A DNA stretch of 63,849 bases, filler included, from Nanobdellota archaeon (GTDB lineage Archaea; Nanobdellota; Nanobdellia; Woesearchaeales; CAZZGN01), in the NCBI GenBank assembly GCA_051819665.1. It is 3 parts of 3 records of this genome, joined end to end, with 100 filler letters (N's around TTAATTAATTAA, not from the genome) between each part and the next. Parts side by side here need not be neighbours in the genome. Positions count along the whole stretch, not along the records: positions 25,582 to 50,590 come from JBNJDG010000012.1; positions 50,691 to 63,849 come from JBNJDG010000030.1; 1 more part is not named here. One strand, given 5' to 3'. Below the pieces are notes generated by a model that was given only the letters and a program-made list of their open reading frames with translations, was not told where the DNA came from and did not search any database. Numbering within the stretch: the first letter of the stretch is position 1; every line of letters starts with the position of its first letter. Made by a program: the position numbers and the translations under genes. Shown here in pieces: positions 47,671-57,023 of the stretch.

Positions 47671-48804
47671 ATGAAGATTCTTATTACAGATGCGGAGATG
47701 GAAGCCAGCCTGCCTTTTATCAGATCCCTTGGCGAGAAAGGCCATAAGATCTATACGACCCCCACAAAAGAAAAGATGGCGGCAGGTAGTTATTCCAAAT
47801 ATGCAAAGAAATTAAATTATGAAGATATTGACTTCAATGAGTTCGATTTCATAATCCCTGTGAGTGATGAGATGACAGAATTCTTCGTCAATAATCCCGA
47901 ATATAATGCTCTCGTACCCAACAAGAAGGATTATTATATAGCAAGGGATAAGTACAAGACGCTGAAGCTTGCCGAGGAAAAGGATATCCCCCATCCGAGA
48001 ACCATATATATAGAAAAATATGACGATGTAGACATTGATTTCCCGGTTATCACCAAACCAACAAGGGATAAAGGTTCAAGAGGGGTCTGCCTGTCAAAAA
48101 ACCGTGAAGAACTCAGGAAGAACATTGACGGGACAGAAGGGAACGTAATAGCCCAGGAATTCATCCCTTATGGGGGCAAGAATTACTGTGTTGACATGAT
48201 CTTCCTAAAGGACGAGATGATCGCTATGTATATGACTGAGATACACAGGACATATCCTGTCTATGGAGGCCCTGATGTTCTTACAGAGACCATATATGAT
48301 GAAAAACTCAAAGAATATGCAGAAAGGCTCATGTCAGGTCTTCACTGGAACGGCATCATAAATATTGAATTCAAGGAAAATCCAGAAAACGGAGAATTAT
48401 ACCTTCTCGAGATCAACCCCAGACCTTCAAGCTCGATAGGGATATCACTCAAGGCAGGAATAGACATGCCGGATATCCTGTTGAAAGCTTTCAGGGGAGA
48501 GGACATAAAACAATTCGATTACAGGAAGAATATACTTTACAAGGACACATACAACAGCATCCTCCACTTCATAGAGAATCCTAAGAAATGGGAAGTGATG
48601 AAAGAGAACAGGAATTTCAACGGTTCTGTATCCAATATAGAGGTGAAAGATATAAAACCGCACATGGCACAACTTGGCTATGTATTCAAGCACATATTCT
48701 CGAAAGAGTTCAGAAGAAGGAACCAATACATAAACAGGACAACCAAGGATTCCAAGAAGAATATGAAAAAATTATATAAAGAACAAATAAAAAATGGAGA
48801 TTGA
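47671..48804 (+). CDS. ATP-grasp domain protein
   Basis: DKYKT, P.T, KP...GSRGV, QEFIP, IEFK, LLEINPR. Confidence 0.88.
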   Translation: MKILITDAEMEASLPFIRSLGEKGHKIYTTPTKEKMAAGSYSKYAKKLNYEDIDFNEFDFIIPVSDEMTEFFVNNPEYNALVPNKKDYYIARDKYKTLKLAEEKDIPHPRTIYIEKYDDVDIDFPVITKPTRDKGSRGVCLSKNREELRKNIDGTEGNVIAQEFIPYGGKNYCVDMIFLKDEMIAMYMTEIHRTYPVYGGPDVLTETIYDEKLKEYAERLMSGLHWNGIINIEFKENPENGELYLLEINPRPSSSIGISLKAGIDMPDILLKAFRGEDIKQFDYRKNILYKDTYNSILHFIENPKKWEVMKENRNFNGSVSNIEVKDIKPHMAQLGYVFKHIFSKEFRRRNQYINRTTKDSKKNMKKLYKEQIKNGD

Positions 48805-50287
48805 ACAGCACTACAAGAGCCAGGTAATAAATCTCTCTCTGGATACTCTGAAGAAAGATAAACAGGCATTGATCTTCGCCAACACGAAGAGGGGAGCTGA
48901 AAAATCCGCTGAAGATGTTGCCAAGAAGATCAAGGATATAGAGATGGAAGATCTTTCTGAAGCTATCCTTTCTGCAGTATCAAAACCCACTAAACAGTGC
49001 CAGAGGCTCGCTTACTGCATAAAGAGGGGTGTTGCCTTCCACCATTCAGGACTTGTAGCAAAGCAGAGAGAAGTGATCGAGGAGAACTTCAAATCAGGCA
49101 GGATAAAGATCATAGCCGCAACACCAACCCTCGCAGCCGGACTGGATCTGCCTGCATACAGGGTCATAATGAAAGATCTCAAGAGGTTCACCCAAAGAGG
49201 CATGCAGTACATTCCCGTCCTTGAATACAAACAGATGACCGGAAGAGCCGGAAGGCCAAAGTACGATACAGTTGGTGAGGCAATAAGCATAGCCTCCAAT
49301 GATGGTGAAGAGAACGAGATAAAAGAACGCTACATCGACGGGGAACCAGAACCAATATTCTCCAAGCTTGCCGTTGAGCCAGTATTAAGGACTTATCTCC
49401 TGAGCCTCATCTCAGCGAAATTCCTGAGGAAGAAAGAGGATGTCTTCAGTTTCTTCGAGAAGACCTTCTGGGCTAAACAGTTCGAGGACATACCGAAGCT
49501 GAGAGCCATAATAGAGAAGACCCTTCACAGCCTTTCCGAATGGGGTTTCATCGAGAAAAAATCAGTAGAGGATGACTTTGTCTCAGCCGACAGGATAGAG
49601 GACGAAAGGTATCTTGCAACGCAGACAGGGAGAAGGGTAGCAGAGCTTTACATCGACCCACTCACTGCTGATCATATAATAAAGAGCAAAGAGAAAGAGA
49701 TTTTCAGGATACTCCAGATGATCTCCGATACTTTGGAGATGAGACCTCTCCTTAACGTGAGGAACAAGGATCAGGAGATGGTGGAACAAGCCATAATGGA
49801 GCATGACCTTTTCGAGCTTGAGCCCACGATCTACGACCCTTCACATGATGATTTCATGAAATCAGTGAAGACCGCTCTCTTCTTCAAGAGATGGATAGAG
49901 GAATGTGACGAGGAATTTTTGCTTGAGACATTCAATATAAGACCGGGAGAGATAAAGGCGAAGAACGATATTGCAGATTGGCTGCTTTATTCCGCTGAAG
50001 AATTGTATAGGCTGAAGAAAAGGCATGACGTACTCTCAGAGATAAGGAAGCTCAGGACAAGGATCAAGTACGGTGTCAGGGAGGAGCTTCTTCCTCTGCT
50101 GAAACTCAAGAACATCGGAAGGGCGAGAGCAAGGTCTCTTTATAACAAGGGTATAAAGACCCTTGGTGACGTGAAAAAGGCCGAGATGTCAAAACTCATA
50201 TCCACCCTTGGCAGAAAGAGGGCAAAAGATGTGAAAGAGCAGATGGGAGTTAAGGTCTCATCTGGTACTCTCGATGACTTTTCTTAG
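48794..50287 (+). CDS. Hel308/Ski2-like helicase lacking the N-terminal RecA1 domain
   Basis: Has motifs IV-VI (LIFAN, GVAFHHSGL, ATPTLAAGLDLPA, QMTGRAGRP), winged helix, ratchet and HhH (IGRARAR); no Walker A or DExH. Confidence 0.85.
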   Translation: MEIEQHYKSQVINLSLDTLKKDKQALIFANTKRGAEKSAEDVAKKIKDIEMEDLSEAILSAVSKPTKQCQRLAYCIKRGVAFHHSGLVAKQREVIEENFKSGRIKIIAATPTLAAGLDLPAYRVIMKDLKRFTQRGMQYIPVLEYKQMTGRAGRPKYDTVGEAISIASNDGEENEIKERYIDGEPEPIFSKLAVEPVLRTYLLSLISAKFLRKKEDVFSFFEKTFWAKQFEDIPKLRAIIEKTLHSLSEWGFIEKKSVEDDFVSADRIEDERYLATQTGRRVAELYIDPLTADHIIKSKEKEIFRILQMISDTLEMRPLLNVRNKDQEMVEQAIMEHDLFELEPTIYDPSHDDFMKSVKTALFFKRWIEECDEEFLLETFNIRPGEIKAKNDIADWLLYSAEELYRLKKRHDVLSEIRKLRTRIKYGVREELLPLLKLKNIGRARARSLYNKGIKTLGDVKKAEMSKLISTLGRKRAKDVKEQMGVKVSSGTLDDFS

Positions 50288-50590
50288 GATATAATTGTTT
50301 CTTGGTGTCTTCTCCTTGAGACTGTTATACATTCCGTCAAGAAGGTCAGCGCCCGATTCATTAAGACCCCTCCTAAGCAGATTCCTTGAATAAAGATACT
50401 TGAAAGGTACTACACCCAACCAACCAGAATTTTCTTCCTTATATTCATCCGACAAAGGAATTGAATCCGTAACATAAACACCATCTATAAATCCTTCCTC
50501 TTTAGCTTTCCTCAGGCGGTCCTCAGCATAATTATCACTATCCTTCTTATTAAAAACACCATGAGTGGCTGCGATCGAGACCTTCTTTGC
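50258..50590 (-). CDS. ribose-phosphate pyrophosphokinase-like C-terminal fragment (5' end in gap)
   Basis: Reading from the contig edge gives AKKVSIAATHGVF...GVYVTDSIP. Confidence 0.7.
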   Translation of the reverse strand, partial: AKKVSIAATHGVFNKKDSDNYAEDRLRKAKEEGFIDGVYVTDSIPLSDEYKEENSGWLGVVPFKYLYSRNLLRRGLNESGADLLDGMYNSLKEKTPRNNYILRKVIESTR

Positions 50591-50690
50591 NNNNNNNNNN
50601 NNNNNNNNNNNNNNNNNNNNNNNNNNNNNNNNNNTTAATTAATTAANNNNNNNNNNNNNNNNNNNNNNNNNNNNNNNNNNNNNNNNNNNN
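50591..50690. other. artificial contig linker
   Basis: N44-TTAATTAATTAA-N44. Confidence 0.98.
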
Positions 50691-50918
50691 TATGTTAAGA
50701 AAGCCAAATGAATAAGAAAATACCTGTGGGGAACACCGATAATCTTAGAAAAAGGCTGAACATTTAAAATGTATTCTTTAGAGATCTCTAGGGAGAAAAT
50801 ACCCTTCAAGTTTTTTCATTAGGGGTGTATTGTACTGGAATCTATTGTCATTCTTGTCCTGCTCTCCTCGTGAAATTCTTTTATTTCTTCCCATTAAATA
50901 TGGTTCTGCGCTAAAGGC

Positions 50919-51236
50919 TCATGAACTTTTAATGGCAGAAAACCTATCCATTAACTCGTCATAGACTTTCTTTTTCTTTTGAGAAGTGAGAGAAAAAAGA
51001 TTTTTTTCAACCATGGCAGAAGATATAGTAAATATATAATTTAATTTTATTACACTATCTTTTAATGCACCTTCTTCTTTGGTCAATTTTATTCCTTCCA
51101 TTTCGGTGTTACTTGTAATGCCTGCTACGATAATATTGCCAAATTCCTCAAAAATTACTAATGCAGGTCTTTTTTTTATCTCAAAAGTGTCCGTAAATTG
51201 GACTTTGGCGAGGACAACATCTCCGGGCTTATGCAT
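50919..51236 (-). CDS. PemK/MazF family toxin
   Basis: GDVVL..V.FTD....KKRPALVI, ITSN, L..SVI. Confidence 0.88.
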   Translation of the reverse strand: MHKPGDVVLAKVQFTDTFEIKKRPALVIFEEFGNIIVAGITSNTEMEGIKLTKEEGALKDSVIKLNYIFTISSAMVEKNLFSLTSQKKKKVYDELMDRFSAIKSS

Positions 51237-51453
51237 TTTCCCAATCCTCGTCTGAGTCATTGTCCCATAGTTCATTCATCTTTGGTTGCTGTATCTTGTG
51301 TAAGAATTCGTCATACTGGTTATTTTTCTTTACACTCTTGAATATTTGAATCATGTTCTTTATTAAATCGTTATAGGTCTGTCTAGGGTATTCCCTGGCT
51401 TCTTTAAGTGATTCCACAATCGATTTATCAAGCTGAATTGTTGTGACGCTCAT
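51229..51453 (-). CDS. antitoxin (RHH-like) of the MazF module
   Basis: TTIQL...L...YP..TY..LI N-terminus, acidic W..D.DE.W C-terminus; overlaps the toxin start; BRE/TATA at about 51483-51502. Confidence 0.8.
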   Translation of the reverse strand: MSVTTIQLDKSIVESLKEAREYPRQTYNDLIKNMIQIFKSVKKNNQYDEFLHKIQQPKMNELWDNDSDEDWENA

Positions 51454-51523
51454 TATATATCACCTATAGTTAGTATATAATTATTAATATATAAATCTTT
51501 CGTCAAATAAAATCATTCAAATT

Positions 51524-51577
51524 TGTGCACGCTATACTGTGCATAAAATTAATAATCTGCACAAAAGATCATGCACA
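51524..51577. promoter_or_regulatory. dyad-symmetric array of four hexamer boxes
   Basis: TGTGCA at 51524 and 51538, TGCACA at 51558 and 51572; symmetric about 51550.5. Confidence 0.5.
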
Positions 51578-51594
51578 GAATGAGAAAAGAGATA

Positions 51595-51645
51595 TTATCC
51601 CCTTTTATGAATATCTTTTAAGTTGATTAATTTGAACTGCCTCAT
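51595..51645 (-). pseudogene. probable truncated toxin remnant (MRQFKLINLKDIHKRG)
   Basis: TGATG-coupled to the antitoxin stop; only 16 codons. Confidence 0.4.
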
Positions 51646-51842
51646 CAGACATCCTCCAGTTTATGCCAATTCCCTTCTCCTCTTTTAGCAGCCCTTGCAG
51701 ATGAAGCTAGCTTTCTCCTGTTGTATGCTTTTGTCATATCTCCCAATAGCTCATCATAAGTCTGGCCTGCCTCTTTTATCCTTCCAAGTTCTTTCCATGT
51801 GTTTTCAGATACAGGGATTCGTTTTGTCATGTGTTGTGCCAT
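51645..51842 (-). CDS. orphan antitoxin-like RHH protein
   Basis: TKRIPVS..TW.EL..IK..GQTYDELL; TTACAA/TTGTAA repeats in its promoter region. Confidence 0.7.
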   Translation of the reverse strand: MAQHMTKRIPVSENTWKELGRIKEAGQTYDELLGDMTKAYNRRKLASSARAAKRGEGNWHKLEDV

Positions 51843-51979
51843 ATTTACAATAGTTACAACATTGTAATTAATATAATTTTCGGTCGGGTTTATGCACCAA
51901 GTAAACAGATTTCCACCTAGATAATTTTTCTTACGAAAAATCCATAAGATTTAAATAAAATTGTCCCTGAACAGACAAT

Positions 51980-52573
51980 ATGGTCGAAATAACGACAAAT
52001 ATAAAACTTGAAATATTGTCATGTTTCACAGATTTCACTAAAAATACATTTACTTTATCTGAGATTTCAAGAAAAACAGGAATAAGCCATACCACACTGA
52101 TTCCTCATACAAAAGAACTCCAAGACATCCTAAGGTTTGAAAGAAGGGGCAGGAACAAAGAATTTTACTTAGACAAGAAATCTTCTTTGACTAGGAATTA
52201 TCTTGTCATGGCAGAGGCTTACAGAACAATTAAACATCTCAACCAAAATATCATGTTAAAAAATATTTCGGATGAGATAAAAGGCATCAATATGCCGATC
52301 ATATTGTTCGGCTCTCATGCAAAGGGTTATCAGACGAAAGATAGCGACATTGATATTGCAGTATTTTCAAAGGAAGACGAAAAAACTAAGGATGTATTCA
52401 AAAAAATTTCAGAAATTTATGGCAAAGACATAAATCTCAAGTTCGCCGCATCTTACTCAGACACAAAAAGCCATCTCATAAAAGAGATAATGGAGTCCCA
52501 CATAATCCTTTCGGGATTTGATCATTTTGTGTCTGGGTGCTTAGATGGAGAAAGATTTATATACGATAAGTAA
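51980..52573 (+). CDS. wHTH + minimal nucleotidyltransferase (MNT)
   Basis: LSEISRKTGISH HTH; ILFGS.AKG....SDIDI. Confidence 0.87.
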   Translation: MVEITTNIKLEILSCFTDFTKNTFTLSEISRKTGISHTTLIPHTKELQDILRFERRGRNKEFYLDKKSSLTRNYLVMAEAYRTIKHLNQNIMLKNISDEIKGINMPIILFGSHAKGYQTKDSDIDIAVFSKEDEKTKDVFKKISEIYGKDINLKFAASYSDTKSHLIKEIMESHIILSGFDHFVSGCLDGERFIYDK

Positions 52574-52586
52574 TTTGTTTTACCTA

Positions 52587-53141
52587 ATGGTAAATTTTTA
52601 TACTTATTTGGAGATATTCCTTCCTGATTTAAGTAGGCAGGTTGGGTTGAATGAATTTGAAAAATATTTTGGAAAGCCTCATCAGACCCTGAAAAATCGT
52701 TTGAATCCCTTTGTCAAGAATAATGTTTTAAATCAAGAGAAGAGGGGTAAATTTTTATTTTATAGGCTCAATTTGAAAAATCCCTTAACATGGGAATTTT
52801 TGAGCCTATGTGAAAAAGAAAGATTGATTAATTTTCTTGATGAGAACACTCTTTTTCAAAGGCTCTACAAAAAGCTTTCTTATTTTTTCGATGATTCAGA
52901 ATTCATGATATTTGGTTCTTCAGTTTTCAACGAGGATTTTAGTGATATTGATTTGCTTGCTTTCACAGATAATGGGAAAATAAAAAAGACAGTGGAAGAA
53001 TTTGCTCAGACATATTCAACAAAAATACATTTCTTAAAAGCAAAAAAGAAAGATCTCAGTGATGCATTTGTTCAGGAATTAAGGGACAAGCACCTAATCA
53101 TAAACTCTCATGATTCTTTTTTAGAGGTGCTCTATAAATGA
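52587..53141 (+). CDS. second wHTH + MNT protein
   Basis: HQTL...L HTH; IFGSS.....SDIDLL. Confidence 0.83.
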   Translation: MVNFYTYLEIFLPDLSRQVGLNEFEKYFGKPHQTLKNRLNPFVKNNVLNQEKRGKFLFYRLNLKNPLTWEFLSLCEKERLINFLDENTLFQRLYKKLSYFFDDSEFMIFGSSVFNEDFSDIDLLAFTDNGKIKKTVEEFAQTYSTKIHFLKAKKKDLSDAFVQELRDKHLIINSHDSFLEVLYK

Positions 53142-53602
53142 GTCTGGAATGGTGTAAAAAGAAAGGATTGGCACTTATAAAACCAAATGATAACCTTGCA
53201 GAAGAATATTACTCAAATGCCGAGGAGACTCTCAGGATAACAAATATGATAAAGGATTCAGGCTCAAACATGTGGATTGCTACGCAGAAATATTATACGG
53301 AATATCTTGCTGCATATTCTATACTTATGAAAATTGGAATTAAAACTGAGATTCATTCCTGTACAATTGAGGTTATTGCTCTTTTAGAGAGATTGGGTAT
53401 AGTCGATTTTGATTTCTCAAATGATCTCAGGGATGATAAGGACTTAAGGATAGATAATCAGTATTATCTTAAGAATATTCCAGTGGATTTTGATTCAAAA
53501 GATTTGTCAAGAAAATTATTGGATGTCAGAAAAATTCTGGATAATATTAATGAAAATAAAATAAAGGAAGTGAGGGATTATATAAAAAATTTAGGTAAAT
53601 AA
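53138..53602 (+). CDS. HEPN domain protein
   Basis: YY..Y.A...IL..IG...E.H.C and LRIDNQYY motifs; ATGA-coupled to the MNT gene. Confidence 0.8.
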   Translation: MSLEWCKKKGLALIKPNDNLAEEYYSNAEETLRITNMIKDSGSNMWIATQKYYTEYLAAYSILMKIGIKTEIHSCTIEVIALLERLGIVDFDFSNDLRDDKDLRIDNQYYLKNIPVDFDSKDLSRKLLDVRKILDNINENKIKEVRDYIKNLGK

Positions 53603-53766
53603 TTTTACTTCATGGTAAATTTTATTACTAAAAATCCATAAGGTTTTTGATTTATCCTCACTAAAATGAAAGAGCACTTGCGAAATAACCTCACCAAAAC
53701 AAAAACAAGGCCATAATATAGAATTTCTGCCTTTGATAAAGCGGAACAGAATAATAAGGGATCTGA

Positions 53767-54783
53767 TCACTTAGACATTACTTCCCCAATAATATCCTCA
53801 TACTTAGAGACTACACTAGGAATGCTATGCTCCTCCAGAACATGCTTTCTGGCCTTTTCACCCAATCTTTTCTTAGAGAAAGCCTTTTTTATCATATCAG
53901 CCAATCTCCTGGAATCACCAACAGGGAAATAAAGACCCATCTCACCCAAAACTGCCCTGTTCTGAGGGATATCAGAAACAACACAGACAAGACCGGCGGA
54001 CATCGCTTCCAGCAGGGAGTTGCTCATCCCTTCCTTCCTTGAGGGAAGGACAAACACATCAGAGCTTGCAAGTACATCTACAATATCTTTCCTCTCACCT
54101 AAGAATATCACATTCGAAGAAGCTTTCTCTTCAAGCTCTTCCCTTGATTTACCATCTCCAACAAGCAGGAATTTATATCCAGGCATCTTAGAAGCAGCCT
54201 CAACCAAGCTATCAATCTTTTTCTGCTCATGAAATCTGGAAGTTGAGACAATAACCTTATCCTCACTAGAAAGTCCAAGCTTCTCCCTTATGTTCTTCCC
54301 AGAGAAAGTTTCTACACAATTGGGCAAGACTTTTATCTTATCAGAAGAGACACCGTTCCTCTTAAGATAATTGATAAGAGCAGAAGAATTCGGCACAAAA
54401 AGATCAACCTTTCCCTTTGTCAATCTGTCAAGAAAATTCAATACTTTAAGATCGGAATAATCATTACGAACTGAATTAACAATCTTTTTTACACCGAACA
54501 TCCTGCCAAAGATCCGACCAAAAATATTGGCATGGATAAGATAAGTATCCAGTACATCGGGTTTTTCATTAACAATGATCTTCCGGAATTGTAATATCTT
54601 CTTACACAGGCATCCTTTCAGATAATACACTCTCACTCCTTTCTTCTCAAGCTCCTTGCCTATCGTATCAAGAGAAGTCAGGGAAACCACAAATTTCTCA
54701 TGCGAAACTTCAGGCAAGACTTTCAGCAGATGTCTCTCAGCACCACCCGTCCCGAGGCCAGTAATCACAATACCTAACTTCAT
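53767..54783 (-). CDS. GT4 glycosyltransferase
   Basis: GGAE, LVGDG, DVFVLPS..EG..NSLLEAM. Confidence 0.92.
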   Translation of the reverse strand: MKLGIVITGLGTGGAERHLLKVLPEVSHEKFVVSLTSLDTIGKELEKKGVRVYYLKGCLCKKILQFRKIIVNEKPDVLDTYLIHANIFGRIFGRMFGVKKIVNSVRNDYSDLKVLNFLDRLTKGKVDLFVPNSSALINYLKRNGVSSDKIKVLPNCVETFSGKNIREKLGLSSEDKVIVSTSRFHEQKKIDSLVEAASKMPGYKFLLVGDGKSREELEEKASSNVIFLGERKDIVDVLASSDVFVLPSRKEGMSNSLLEAMSAGLVCVVSDIPQNRAVLGEMGLYFPVGDSRRLADMIKKAFSKKRLGEKARKHVLEEHSIPSVVSKYEDIIGEVMSK

Positions 54784-54929
54784 AGAAAGAAATCAACCGA
54801 GAACATTTTTAAACCTTGTGAAAAGGGTAATAGTTGAGACCAAAGTATACTACTTATCTCTCAACAAAAACAAAGGGTTTCGATGGAAATAAAATATAAA
54901 TTCACTTAGTGAATAATCATCATGACGGT

Positions 54930-55343
54930 TCAAATCCCAAGATACTCAGTTACATAATTCCTGAACTTCTCGAAATCCTGGATCTCTTCACTGAATAAGA
55001 TATAGGCTCTTTTATCATCAATCTCGCCGTATCTATGGACAAGTATGTTCCTGAAACCCTTTATCTCTTTCAGCCTTTTTGCAAAATTTTTTGGGATAAC
55101 ATCATTTTTTTCAAGTTTATCAAATATATTGTCTTCATCTGAAGGGGCACCCATGTTTTTAGAGGATATTATTATGGATGATATGTCGATCATCGTATCT
55201 ATTATCAGCTCCATGGTCTTCTCACAAGCCCTTCTCCTTTCAAGGCTCTCCAGATATTCATTTTCAGTCCCGGGAATAAGTTGGGACAGCTCATCAATAT
55301 ACCTGTTCATGTCATCCAGTTTCTTGAGTATCTTATCTTTCAA
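54930..55343 (-). CDS. HepT/DUF86 HEPN RNase toxin
   Basis: GFRNILVHRY (RxxxxHxY). Confidence 0.9.
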   Translation of the reverse strand: MKDKILKKLDDMNRYIDELSQLIPGTENEYLESLERRRACEKTMELIIDTMIDISSIIISSKNMGAPSDEDNIFDKLEKNDVIPKNFAKRLKEIKGFRNILVHRYGEIDDKRAYILFSEEIQDFEKFRNYVTEYLGI

Positions 55344-55710
55344 TCAGACCAGCTCCTTCATAATAATTGTTCAGATACTTCTCAAATCTTGAGTAATCTC
55401 TTATGGTATCGATCAGGATCTCTTTCATCTTCTGTTCATCTCTGGCAAAAAGAACTTTATGTTTCTTCACTATATCATTCCTTACATACAGAGGAAGGTC
55501 CTGATATATCTGGACATCGTATCTGTCAGGCAGATCTCCGGAACATAAAAGCCTGAACCTGAATCTTTCCTTCTCACTCCCTTCATAGAAAATGGTTATG
55601 TCCACATCTGACCGCGGAGTCTCTGTCCCGTCAACGGTTGAGCCGAACTGTAGGATGAACAGTACTTTTTTTTTCTTATCCAGATCAAGAATCCTTTTCA
55701 CGACATCCAT
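55333..55710 (-). CDS. MntA-type minimal nucleotidyltransferase antitoxin
   Basis: FGS...G.....SDVDI; overlaps the HepT start. Confidence 0.88.
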   Translation of the reverse strand: MDVVKRILDLDKKKKVLFILQFGSTVDGTETPRSDVDITIFYEGSEKERFRFRLLCSGDLPDRYDVQIYQDLPLYVRNDIVKKHKVLFARDEQKMKEILIDTIRDYSRFEKYLNNYYEGAGLIER

Positions 55711-55745
55711 AAGATAGACAGTGTATGCTAGATATTTATAATTAA

Positions 55746-55779
55746 CTGTTCATGTCATCCAGTTTCTTGAGTATCTTAT
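55746..55779 (+). repeat. 34-bp exact duplicate of hepT 5' sequence (55303-55336)
   Basis: CTGTTCATGTCATCCAGTTTCTTGAGTATCTTAT at both sites. Confidence 0.9.
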
Positions 55780-55847
55780 ATTTAAACACTTCTTCAATGT
55801 TCTTGGATGAAAGATTTATATACTATAATCAATTATAATCCGCTATA

Positions 55848-55910
55848 ATGACAACAATACAGATTAGCAATGACCTCCGGAAGGAGTTGAACAGGATGAT
55901 TCTGTCTTAA
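55848..55910 (+). pseudogene. truncated antitoxin remnant (MTTIQISNDLRKELNRMILS)
   Basis: Same TTIQ start as the antitoxin at 51453; retains an AAAGATTTATATA promoter. Confidence 0.55.
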
Positions 55911-55925
55911 ATCACAATAACCCGG

Positions 55926-57023
55926 TTATCTGAGTTTATACATCTTCATGTACTTATCGACAAGATTATCCCAGCTGAACTTCCTGATCTTCTCTTTCGC
56001 CTTCCTGCCCATACCAGAATTGATCTTTGAGAAAGCCTCGACGAATCCGTCTACAGATCTGCAGAGATAACCTTCTTTCCCGTTCGAAACAAGATCGGGG
56101 ATGCATGGGATATCAGAGGCCAGGACAGGCAGTCCTGATGCCATCCCTTCCATCACAATACCAGGAAGCCCTTCTCCTCTGCTGGGTAAAAAAACAATGT
56201 CTGAACTCTTGAGCAGTTCAGGGATATCCTTCCTCCAGCCCAGGAAAACCACCTTATCAGAAACACCAAGTTTGAAAGCCATCTGTTCATATCTCTTTCT
56301 CCACGGCCCGTCCCCGATGAGAAGAAGTTTAGCATCGATCCTCTTCATGACCTTTAACATTATATCAATGCCTTTCCTCGGTGCGAGAAGCCCTGCATAT
56401 ACAAGAACTTCATCGTCCTTATCAAGACCAATGCTTTTCCTCTGGCTCTTCCTAACTCCACTGAACTTAGAAAGATTTATTCCGGTAGGGATCACATTAA
56501 TCTTTCTCTCCCTGATACCTATCTTTTTGGCATATCTCTTAAGACTCTCACCATACAGATGGATCTTATCAGGCATTCCAAACAAAAACCAGCCGAATAC
56601 TTTAGTATAGATCCTGAACAAGAAATCAATCACTCTGCCGGACCTGAAAGAATATGCGGGGAAAGTGTCACAGCTCATCACTAGCTTCTTCCCTGAAAAA
56701 AGCCTGCTTAATAAGACAAACCATGAGTTTATGTAGAAATAGGTCCACATATGGATAACATCATACCTGAATATCTTGAACAGATACACAAGGAACATAG
56801 GTGTTATAGGTATGGGCCATTCGAATTTACCTGGTAGAGAGACAGCAGAATACGAATATATCTTCGCTTTGGACAGGGCCTTATCATTATGCCATTTCCC
56901 TATAGATGAGAAAGGCCTCTTTGGTACAAACAATGCTATTTCATTATCCCCACCTAATCTGTCGACAAGCTCGGCTATGGGTCTCCTGATGAGGAACGTA
57001 GGGTTGACATAGCAGATTCTCAT
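55926..57023 (-). CDS. GT4 glycosyltransferase
   Basis: IPTGIN, RKG, GDG, LPSRGEGLP...MEGMASG. Confidence 0.92.
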   Translation of the reverse strand: MRICYVNPTFLIRRPIAELVDRLGGDNEIALFVPKRPFSSIGKWHNDKALSKAKIYSYSAVSLPGKFEWPIPITPMFLVYLFKIFRYDVIHMWTYFYINSWFVLLSRLFSGKKLVMSCDTFPAYSFRSGRVIDFLFRIYTKVFGWFLFGMPDKIHLYGESLKRYAKKIGIRERKINVIPTGINLSKFSGVRKSQRKSIGLDKDDEVLVYAGLLAPRKGIDIMLKVMKRIDAKLLLIGDGPWRKRYEQMAFKLGVSDKVVFLGWRKDIPELLKSSDIVFLPSRGEGLPGIVMEGMASGLPVLASDIPCIPDLVSNGKEGYLCRSVDGFVEAFSKINSGMGRKAKEKIRKFSWDNLVDKYMKMYKLR

